Shown one piece after another: positions 12,889 to 23,520 of a stretch of 64,000 bases of DNA. Position numbers and translations under genes: made by a program. The DNA comes from Balanoglossus misakiensis (Eukaryota > Animalia > Hemichordata): the NCBI GenBank assembly GCA_040954595.2, contig CM082596.2, positions 8,693,124-8,757,123 of the forward strand, written 5' to 3'. Under the pieces are notes generated by a model that saw only the letters and a list, made by a program, of their open reading frames with translations, made no database searches and was not told where the DNA came from. Numbering within the stretch: the stretch's first letter is position 1; every line of letters starts with the position of its first letter.

Positions 12889-13886
12889 TCATGGTCTTTC
12901 ATTTGAATGGATCCTCATGTGCCTCTTCTGATGGCCACTCTGTCTAAATGTTTTCCCACATTCTTTACATGCAAATGGTCTTTCATTTGAATGGATCCTC
13001 ATGTGTTTCTTTAGACCTTCTCTCCATGTAAATGTTTCCCCACATTCATTGCATTCAAATGGTCTTTCATTTGAATGGATCCTCATGTGGCTCTTCTGAT
13101 GGCCACTCCGTCTAAATGTTTTCCCACATTCTTTACATGCAAATGGTCTTTCATTTGAATGGATCCTCATGTGTTCCTTTAGACTGTCTCTCCGTGTAAA
13201 TGTTTTTCCACATTCATTGCATGCAAATAGTCTTTCATTTGAATGGATCCTCATGTGGCTCTTCTGATGGCCACTCCGTCTAAATGTTTTCCCACATTCT
13301 TTACATGCAAATGGTCTTTCATTTGAATGGATCCTCATGTGTTCCTTTAGACTGTCTCTCCGTGTAAATGTTTTTCCACATTCATTGCATGCAAATGGTC
13401 TTTCATTTGAATGGATCCTCATGTGTTCCTTTAGACTGTCTCTCCGTGTAAATGTTTTTCCACATTCATTGCATGCAAATGGTCTTTCATTTGAATGGGT
13501 CTTCATGTGTTCCTTTAGACTGTCTCTCCGTGTAAATGTTTTTCCACATTCATTGCATGCAAATGGTCTTTCATTTAAATGGATCCTCATGTGTTTCTTC
13601 TCATCGCCACTCCATCTAAATGTTTTTCCACATTCTTTACATGCAAATGGTCTTTCATTTGAATGGGTCTTCATGTGTTTCTTTAGACTCCCTCTCCGTC
13701 TAAATGTTTTCCCACACTCTTCAAGTACTAACCATCTTCGGCCCTGTCCACTGTTGCAATCGTGATGCAACATGTCTGATCCACCAAGTTCTTGACCATG
13801 TTCAACATGTTGACTGCTGACATCATCCAGTAGGCTCACTTGAATATGGCCAGAGTGTGCCAGAGTCTGGATTATCAGTGATACAT
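12889..13886 (-). CDS. C2H2 zinc-finger gene copy 2 (type B, 10 finger units); upstream exon at 30568-30446 beyond the Chapaev nest
   Basis: Same acceptor as copy 1 (13886). The first finger lacks its first Cys. The stop is created at a deletion junction. The intron carries the 16.1-kb nest. Confidence 0.8.
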
Positions 13887-16800
13887 CTGTTGGATGATAA
13901 CAAAACAGCTACTTAAATACAGGCTTCAAGCACACTTAATAAGTAACATTACTACTGATTACCAATCACATCGTCTCAGGGTGTCAGGAGACAGATTCCC
14001 TCTTCTGAAACCCCCCCCCCCCCCCCACACACACACACCCTTTAACGTTGCCGGCTAATGGCTGATGCCCATCTTGAGATAGGTTATACTGCAGATAACT
14101 TAAGCAATCATGTATGAGCAGACTGATTATTTGTTGATGTACTGAACTATTGGCAAAGAATGATCACAACAATGGTGTGATTGACTTCCACGTCTGTTTG
14201 AGGGCGATATACTAGTTGGAGTAATAGACTTATTTGCGCGCGAACAAACAGACAATTCAAAATGGCGGCGCCCTCTTGCCATCACTGTGCCTGTGTGTAC
14301 GTGTGTATATTGCGGTTCGTAGTCCTTGCATTTCAAGGGCATATTCACTTTTAATTGCTTGCTTTTGCATAGGTAAAACAGCAAGCATACAGAAACGTAG
14401 GTAGTGAAGTGTGATGATTGTTTCCTTTTTTGAAAACGGATTAAGAAAGTAAGTTCTGTCACTATCATAGAACGTTGTCCTGACTCATATATTCCACTGG
14501 AAAATGAAAACCTTATAACAAAGTGTGACAGTCGTCATAGTAGAAAGCAGGTAGTTGCTACACCAAATGACATCGTTGGTTCTTGCAGTTTCAGTGCATG
14601 CCTCGATTTATTTTACCATTGTTCTGATACGCCCAGAATAGAATTTAATCTAATGTACTTTTACATGATGCATGAGTAAACAAACATGCAGTTGCACTAG
14701 TGACCTTACATATCGGATGACTCTGTATGTATATACCCAATGTATTTTGGACTCTGATTTCATAGGTAAATAAATGATAATAACTGTTCTTATGTGTCTC
14801 ATTTCAATTATTATTAGACTTTATTCAAACCCAATGGACTGCTGAGTGATATTCTCTTGTGACTCAGAGTATTTACACTTAAAATAGATAAAGGCAGATA
14901 TATAGAAGGCAAATGGATACAAGTTCTTGGCAGAGAAACCACGATCACACCAACACTATATTTGTTAGCCTATTGTGGTGTCAAACAAGCAAAAATTTAC
15001 TTGCTGTATAAATGTAAGGGCCTGCTTTATTAGTTGAAAACAGCAATTCTACATATGTATATACAGGTTGTCCTTGTACAGACATTCTAATTAGTAATTT
15101 GTTTTTCCACTCATACATGTGTACCTAAAGTTTACATACTTGCATAAGATTCTTTGCTACCTATGACTTTGTACTTTGAAAAATACTGTACAAGTGGTCC
15201 TTATATAGACACTCTAATTTGAAAATTTCTTTTCCACTCATATTTGCATAGTTTCTGAGTGATTCATTCATTTTATGATGAATTGCCTCAACACCGTTCT
15301 CCCCTAAAAACCCAAGGCCAACTCCATATTTCTGTATCTGAGGCAGAACATGTTCCTCGAGCATGTGAAGCTTGGGTGTTATGGGTACTTGGGGAAAATG
15401 AACTCTGAGATATATAAACAACCCTCTTATGTTAGTACCTGTAAATGAAAAAAAAAAGAATATTGTGTATGAAAGAATTACATGTATGTAAGTATATGCA
15501 ATAAAATGAGAGTGAGGACATGCTGTTTGAAAGTAGTATCTAATTCATGTATGACGTATAATCCACATATGTGTAAAGAATATAATTATAGTATTTTACA
15601 CTATTTTCAATCAACAAGATAATTCAAACACTAGGGTAACAGAATAGTCTAGTTATTTTATACTTACTCAAGGATTCTATTTCATCACCAGTTAATGGCC
15701 TACACAGGTTATATATATTGTGACAGTTGGCAAAGAACATGAAGAGTGGTTGGTACTTGTCATATATATACTCGGCGTCCTCTAAAAGCTCTGGGCAAAC
15801 ATCTGTTACCACAGTTACTGGAGTTAAGCAAATCTTCTCAACATGCTGGGGCTAAACAAAGAGAAAAGACATGAAATAATACTTATTATTTGGCATGAAG
15901 AATGCAACTATGCATTTATAGCATTCACAAAACAGCAAATTTAATGACAAAATCCTAGCCAGTTAATAACCTGTTTACAATCTGCAAGCACTGAAATGTC
16001 ATAAAAAGATCACCCTTTAATAATATTTTGATCCTTGATCACATAAAATTAACCAAATTCTCAATTAGAGACAGCAGTTAATGGTGGTTACATCAGTACA
16101 TCAGTACTAATGTATTTCGACAGAAGGGAAGTTTCTTGAAAACCTCAGACACGTATACACTGACTATGAAGTGAAAAGCATGCATGCAGGATAATTTGAT
16201 GCTGACAAACCTTACAACACCTATCTACATGATTACCAACAAATGAACGCCCATGGTATGCCTGCCTGTGTACTTTTATACTGGCCAATGTCCTATCTAG
16301 TGCTCTAAAACAATAACCTACTTCAGTAGGTAACAAACTGTCTAAATCCCTGGCTTCAATTTCCTAGAAATATCAATGAGATCATGGTTAAAAAGTTGCA
16401 GTCACTACATCTTTAGATAGGAAATATCACTAAACAAGGTATTACTATTTGTAACTTATGTTGAAACTGAAATAGCTGAATATTTTATCAATGTGAATCA
16501 CAGAATCCTAATAAAACATGAACTTCATGCAACCTAGTTATAATTTGTTTTGTTCCTCATCAATTTTGAAAAATGAACACTTCATAAAAGCTATACAACA
16601 GTTCACTATCTTGATCACTAGCTTATAGCGTTTGTGTAATTGTAGGGTTGCAGAATGCTGGTCACCTAATCATTGTATGTTCAGTATTACCCAAAAGATT
16701 ATTACCTTCTCCTCAGCACTACACAGTAACTCGACTCTTTCCTCTTTCAGTCGATGAACTTCACCCAAGGGTACATCGTCTTTGTCATCCTCATCGAGGT

Positions 16801-17316
16801 ACCCAAAGGCGATAAGTTCAGTTTCAATACATTCTGCTTGTTCCCTTAGATCCTCAGACTCAGATGTCAGTTTGAGAACCTACATTATGTGAAGTAATGA
16901 AAATATGTTACTACTTATTTAATACTTTTTCTGTTGATAAACACTAAAAATCTATGCTACATTAGACACAATGGTCAATGACAAACAGATTTTTGACAAT
17001 TATATGAAACAGTATCTCTCAGACAAGATACAAAAGTGATTTTTAGAAAAAAATCCATAGTAACATTGTGATGGAATGTAATTTCACACAAGTTTTATAA
17101 TGTTTGATAACATGTGTAATCTGTATGTAGGTTTGTGTAAAATGTGTAAATATACAATGTACTAATATATAAACTGACTATACACCACTTTCATAAGTAG
17201 CGCCCTCTACAGGCGATGACGTCATTCGGGGGAAAGTTTGAAGAAGCCATTTTGTCAACGGTTTTTTTCTTATGTGGCGCCTGGTCTTTTTTCAACGCGG
17301 TCGCGGGAAGCTGGAA

Positions 17317-19951
17317 ATGGCTGCAAAAATGGTGAGTGCGATTTCAGTTTTCTTCTCAAAGTCCTTATTTGGTTCTGCCAAGTAATTTCAGACTGCCGGT
17401 CACTCATAAATATTCATCGGCGGCATTAATATTCATTACTTAAATATTTACATCCTATTACTTATTCATGTCCTCAACGTACTTGCTCTACGCAGCTCAG
17501 TGATCGAGTTTTCATTCACAACTAATACAAAAGACCCAATAGCTACAATGACACAACATCTGAACCACTAAATACTATTAGCAACTGTTTCACACCTCTG
17601 GTTTTTGTTTCCTTCACGATCTTTTGTTTATTTAACCGCAATATACAAGGGCCAGACAGGGTTACAATTTGTATCACTTTCATTCCATTGACAGGCTATC
17701 CTTTGAGCTACCACTGAGCTGACTGAAGTGGATCATGAGTTTTCAGAACGGTAGTGTGGCAAATGCTGTGCAGCCTAGCTGTAATTGTACAAATGTGAGT
17801 GATTGTTTTTCAGATGCTTCAATAATGGTTACTGCACATGCAAAGTGAGAATTCACATATTTTCAGTAGTAATATGCCTAATTAAAATATTCATTTGTGT
17901 CGATAATTTTTTAATGTTTGAACTACTTTATCCAGGTGACCAGACCCCTAAGTAAATGATTTGACTTTTTTTCTATATAGCTAACTGAGGAAGACATACC
18001 GGGTTCTATTCTATCGAAGGATGTTGAAAAATGCAAAAAGAGTGAACTACAGTTTTGGTTAAAATGCCATGGATTGGTGCACAAGTCGGCGGATACCAGG
18101 GCAACACTCATAACAAGGTCATTATTACTCTTGCTTTTCACTAATATAGTCCGATGTGTTGAATGCTGATATTGATGTTGGTCATTAAATGCTTTGAAAT
18201 ATTTATCAAAACATGTTCCTTTGTATTCCAGAGTCCGGAAGAGGTACCATGATGCCCATACTATTGTTGACCCTGATCCAGGACTGTGTTACACACGGGC
18301 GAAGAGGCTCCGTTGTCCAAGATGTAAAGATGAAGACACTGTTGATAAGACTCAAACTGTGGACATTTCTAGTTATGATGATTGGACCAGTTCTTGTGGT
18401 TCAATACCAACAGGTTTTTCATATGTTCAAATTATGAACCATGTGAAAAAGTCGGGCAAAGTTGTTGGGGATTATGTTGAAAAACCACTTGATAAAGGGT
18501 ACAAATTTTTTTATGAAAATTATGTACACAATGTAAAAAGCTGCAAAACAGACACACATTGTTTAATCAAAGGGAGGTGTTACAGGTCCCAAAAGAAAAA
18601 TGAACCGCCCCATTTTGTCAGCTTGTCACTATGTTCAGTAACAGCTGAGGTTTTTAATGCAAAGTGCTCATGTGTTGCAGGTACTGCAGGACATTGCAAT
18701 CATATAGTGGGACTTTTATATTTACTTGACCACTGCAAGAAATTAAAACTGAGAGAGTTTCCTTTACTGGGAACATGCACAGATAATCCACAAAAGTGGC
18801 ATCGTCCCAGGACTGATGGAATTGCACCTGAACCAATAATGGGATACAATGTATTTAGACCGAAGTATGGGACATCTTCCTCTGGGGTAGCATGTACTTT
18901 GTATGAAGCTAGGGGGAAAGCTGTATTGCAGACATCAAATGATCAATTGAAAGAGCTCAGTAATGATATTCAGGACTTAAATTTGGGTTTTTCTCATTTG
19001 ACCCCCACAACTGATGATACTGATATGGTACCAACAAAAATGGGTTTCCATGTGCCTGTGGGTAGTGTTCTCAGTTACCAGTTGTCCTTAACCGAAGGCA
19101 ATTTTGATGTCCTGTGTAATATTTCCAATGATTTCATTGTAGAATTTATTCCAGAAACCTACCCTAGGCTTCCACTGTCTGCTGTCCCTATCTTCAACGT
19201 TAACGGCCCTTGTATTGAGAGTGTGTCAAAGTTCCTAGATAAACTTAAGCTGAACTCTGATGCATCAGCGCAACTAGAAGAACAGACCCGTGGCCAGTGT
19301 TGTAACCCCTTATGGTTTGAAGCCAGGAAATTCAGATTAACGAGCAGCAAATTTGGGGGGGTTGTTAAAAAAAGACCTTGGGGAAATCATAGCAAATTTG
19401 TACGCAGCTTATTAATCACAAAAGACATGTCGCATATTCCAGCAATAAAATATGGCCAGGATAACGAATCAAAAGCTTTAAAAAAATATGAAGATTTCAT
19501 GATAAGTAGTGGTAGGCAGGTTTCTGTTTTTAGGGCGGGTTTAGTTGTGAACCCATCAATGTCCTGGTGTGGCGCATCACCAGATGCCAAAGTTATTGAT
19601 GAACACAGTGGTGTTGGGATTGCTGAAATAAAATGTGCATATGCATATAGAGATGTCAGCCCCAGAGATGCCTGTAGTGACACAAGATTTTATTGTGAAA
19701 TAGTGGATGGTGTGCCTCGTCTTAAAAAAAATCATAATTATTATTTTCAAGTTCAAGGCCAGATGGGCATATGTGGTGTGTCATGGTGCGACTTCGTTGT
19801 GTACACAAATAAAGGTCTGTTGATAGAGAGAATTAAGTTTGACGTTTCTTTCTGGGAGTCAATGATGGAAAAACTTGTTGGTTTTTACGAGACACATTTT
19901 GTTCCTGTAGCATCTGAAATGATAGATTTTGTAAATATAGATGCAAATTAA
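17317..19951 (+). CDS. ISL2EU accessory protein: SWIM zinc finger + YqaJ/lambda-exonuclease-like domain
   Basis: Exons 17317-17331 (MAAKM|gtgagt), 17981-18117 and 18232-19951 join in phase. SWIM motif CSCVAGTAGHCNH; YqaJ motifs TRGQ..W..AR..RLTSS, YG..NE, GASPD, EIKC, YYFQVQGQM..CDFVVYT. No stops seen. Confidence 0.85.
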
Positions 19952-20029
19952 GCTGAAATGATAGATTTTGTAAATATAGGAGCAAATTAAGCTGAAATGA
20001 TAGATTTTGTAAATATAGATGCAAATTAA
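19914..20029. repeat. 39-bp tandem repeat x3 spanning the YqaJ stop codon
   Basis: CTGAAATGATAGATTTTGTAAATATAGATGCAAATTAAG repeated three times. Confidence 0.9.
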
Positions 20030-21520
20030 ACTACTATTGTACTAGCAGTATGGAATTCAGTCTTGTTTTATTGTTGTCTTAACATGCACAATACAATTCA
20101 ACAAAAACAATTACCATAAGATATCTCATACATGACCCTGTTATTTATTATATTAAAATCTCAGTATTGTCCCGTTATAGCCCCAGTAACACTAATTTTG
20201 AGACACTGTGTCAGTATTTTTTGTTGTTACTCCATATTTCCAAAACATGATGAAAAAATAACAACAGAAATGTTATTTAATAACATTTCTGTTTTTTTTT
20301 TCATCATGTTATACCACTGGGCTTTAATCTGGCACAGAAATGATTGGGTTCTGGAAGAGAGTCAAAAGTGCACAGACTGTCCATATCTGATTGATTGACC
20401 CTGTTAATGACATGGGGATCACAGAATCAAAAATATGGAAATTTTTCACTTTATTTATTGCTCTTTCTACATGGATTCTTTCTGATGCAATCTGCTGAGT
20501 TTCAATAACATCACAATCTGGCATTTGTCCCTTTTGCCCCAGAAATGGTGGGATATTTAGCTTTACATTGATTGGATCAAGTAGATCCTGAATATCAAAG
20601 CCTTTGTCAGCTAGTATGCCATCTCCTGGCTCAAATGAATTTTGCAATAGGCCACTTCTGATGGTCAATTCACGATCTGAAATGCTACCTGTGTACAGCT
20701 GTGAGACAAAGCTGATGTTACCAGCAGGACTGATTCCAATCAGACCTTTCAGTGTGTTTGTTGATTTATAATTTGAATATGATTGAGATTTCAACATTAA
20801 TGATGATGGCATTTCAATCTTTATTTCTGTTGCATCAATGATTATACGTGTATCAGCATATTTCTCTTTGAATGAATCTGGCATTGTGTTCACAACAACC
20901 TGCTTAGATGGCCATATATTTATGGTACCAAGTCGGAGATACAGAAAATTTGACCAGGACAGAACAATATTACTGACAGTGGTGACAGAAACTGAAAATC
21001 GATATGACAGATCACGCTCAAAAAGACCCAACCGTACCCTGCACAAAAAAAGAAAAAACTGATTTTGCACAGACAATTTCCGCGGTCTTCCAACCTTTGT
21101 TCCAGTCTGCTGGTGGGAACTTGCTGTCTGGCGAACATTTACGAGATTTTCACCATTTGGCCCAGGGTTAACATATTTTAGAAGGGAATTAAAAACATGA
21201 ATATTAGGAAAACCTGTGTAAAAAGAAATATCACACTCTTTGATGTTCTGTATTGAAAATTCGGAGTTGCGAAGAGCAATCTCCAGACGATGGTTCTCTA
21301 CAGTTAATTGTTGGATTTTGTTTTTAAGTTCCTCCATTTCTTTGGCCATGGTGTAAAATTTGATAGCAAGTCTCTTGCTGAAAATTTGGTTAATTGCTGT
21401 TATGATAGGGAGAGCCCTCTAGTGGCACCTCCCGCTGTTTGACTTTATCTCCCATGATGCCTTGCAGAACGCCATTTTGTTACCAGTCGCATTTTCTGAG
21501 CAATCTCAATTTGCAATCCG

Positions 21521-22636
21521 ATGTCTTCTAGGCCGCAAAGACTTTGCAGAACCTGTCTTATCGACTTGAAACACCACAAAGGACCTTCCGGACACCTCTG
21601 CAGAGAAAACAAGGACAACTCTTTCGAGATGGACCACAAATCGTCGCCTCAAACCCACGCCAGCATTTCAAGTGTGACACCATGGTCTAAGCCGGACACC
21701 AGCGAAGGTAATCGAGACATTATCAGCCCTAAAAAGCAAATGCTTGAGGCGATTAAGAAGGAAAATGAAGAGCTGGAGATTGAAATAGAATTAAAGAGAG
21801 AACTAGCGAGAAATGAAAAGTTGAAGGCAAAACCGCCTAAAGGTATGGAGGATTCTCAGGACAAGCCCACCATTACATCTCTTCGCCATGATGCTGCTCT
21901 TGGTCGCACAGTCAATAAATTCAAGCACCATACCAAGATGTTTGACACAGATTCCTCAGCATCTTCGTCATCCTGTACAGACTCAGACTCTGCCACGCAG
22001 CTCGAGCAGGGAGGTAAGCAGCACTACAAAACCTTCCGCAAACGCCACAATCGCAAAAAGCCCAAGTCTGGTGTGGCTCGCAGATCCAGCGAGCAAGTGC
22101 GTTACCAAGTTCCATGGCCACACGAATATGCCCACAAGTCCGACAGCAGCATTGATGACCAATCATATGCCACATTGTCAATGCCAGCACTAGTACGTGG
22201 AGAACTATACATCATCCACCATGTAGAGCCACTTGCCACCAGACTTGCCAGAACTGATCACCTTATAGAGCTATTACACCTAGCAGAAATTTACGAATGG
22301 GCCGATGTCAGGGAGCTCCATTGTGCAGTCCTGCGTTCTATCGAGACTGGGGAAAACACATGGCAATATGATTTCACCAAGGAGAAAGCCAGATGTTTAC
22401 ATATCAAGTTGACCAAAGCCCCTATGAGAGCCAACACTAGCTACAAATACAAGACAAACCCCAGATACTGTGCAGACTACCAGCTGGGAAAATGTAAGTT
22501 CAACAATGACCACAACAACCAGGAAGGGATAATGGAACATCACATCTGTCGTTTCTGTTTGCGTATCCGCGACCTTCAACTGTCACACCCACCAAGTGAA
22601 TGTCCATACAAACCAAAAAAGCAAGCCACAGGCTGA
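21521..22636 (+). CDS. Gag-like protein of the YR retrotransposon
   Basis: 371-aa ORF starting just after repeat A1. N-terminal CxxC..H.GP.G..C, a coiled coil, and C-terminal CADYQLGKC..H and HICRFC..HPPSEC zinc-finger-like motifs. Confidence 0.75.
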   Translation: MSSRPQRLCRTCLIDLKHHKGPSGHLCRENKDNSFEMDHKSSPQTHASISSVTPWSKPDTSEGNRDIISPKKQMLEAIKKENEELEIEIELKRELARNEKLKAKPPKGMEDSQDKPTITSLRHDAALGRTVNKFKHHTKMFDTDSSASSSSCTDSDSATQLEQGGKQHYKTFRKRHNRKKPKSGVARRSSEQVRYQVPWPHEYAHKSDSSIDDQSYATLSMPALVRGELYIIHHVEPLATRLARTDHLIELLHLAEIYEWADVRELHCAVLRSIETGENTWQYDFTKEKARCLHIKLTKAPMRANTSYKYKTNPRYCADYQLGKCKFNNDHNNQEGIMEHHICRFCLRIRDLQLSHPPSECPYKPKKQATG

Positions 22637-23239
22637 CTCACCGACACCTACATCCCAGCTGACTTTTCCGCCGCAGTTGCAGATCGCTCTATTGCGAGCT
22701 CCACAGTTGAGACCCCTACCAAACCATCGTCTCTGCATTCAGCTAGATTTCACACAGATGGATCCACTGGACGCGCAATCTACACTACCTCAGCCATGGT
22801 TACCAACCCTTGATTATCAGCACAACAGACACCATTACACAGTCTTCACAACCCACAGTGGGCGAACCTACCTATGTTAGTACAAGTACACACTATTCCG
22901 CCACACTTGCAGCCATCGAATCGTACGTCACTTCTCCCTCAGATGGAATTCGCAATGTCACAGACATATCCGCCTCCATTGCAGCCACTCAGTTCACACC
23001 TGTTTTTCTAATTCAGCCTCAGTTGCAGCTGTACAGGACATGGACACTTTGGACACTGTTGCTTCCGCATGCACCCATTTATCAGACACTGATGACACTA
23101 GTGTTATTGACAGGATCACACTCGCTGCCAATGGACACAGATACATCAACCCTCTGGCTTGCTGCCAAACAGTGCTGTTTGCCCAGTTCTCGCGTATTGC
23201 ATAATGCAATATGATTGAGTTGCTTCCAGCCTCACCCTC

Positions 23240-23520
23240 CTCCCCAGCCTTTGTAATTTACCACCGTAGCACATTTAAACCACTCACTCAGCCTGTTTTA
23301 ACCTAGCGTTTTCGTTCGCTAGTCACCGCCATTGGCCTTGACCCTCTAGGCTTCAGTTTTCACAGCCTCAAGTGAAGGGGGGCCACCACAGCTTCCCTGG
23401 CAGGAGTATCAGACTCGTTGATTCGTTTGCAAGGGGACTGGCGCTCTATAGTATACAAAGATTTTCTTGCCATTCCTGCCACTGAGCGCTTCTACATTAC
23501 TACAATCATGGGCTCTCTCC
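23240..23520 (+). pseudogene. Tyrosine recombinase C-terminal remnant
   Basis: Translation FSFHSLK*RGATTASLAGVSDSLIRLQGDWRSIVYKDF matches the YR boxes H-x-x-R and G-x-W-x-S..Y of DIRS-order recombinases; contains in-frame stops. Confidence 0.75.

Noticed and set aside
14283-14289. Canonical RSS heptamer CACTGTG near the left end
   Set aside because: No nonamer at 12 or 23 bp; a 7-mer is expected by chance and occurs elsewhere in the window.
18194-19951. Phage or viral insertion suggested by the YqaJ/lambda-exonuclease domain
   Set aside because: The gene has spliceosomal introns and lies within ISL2EU TIRs, where YqaJ is the known accessory protein.
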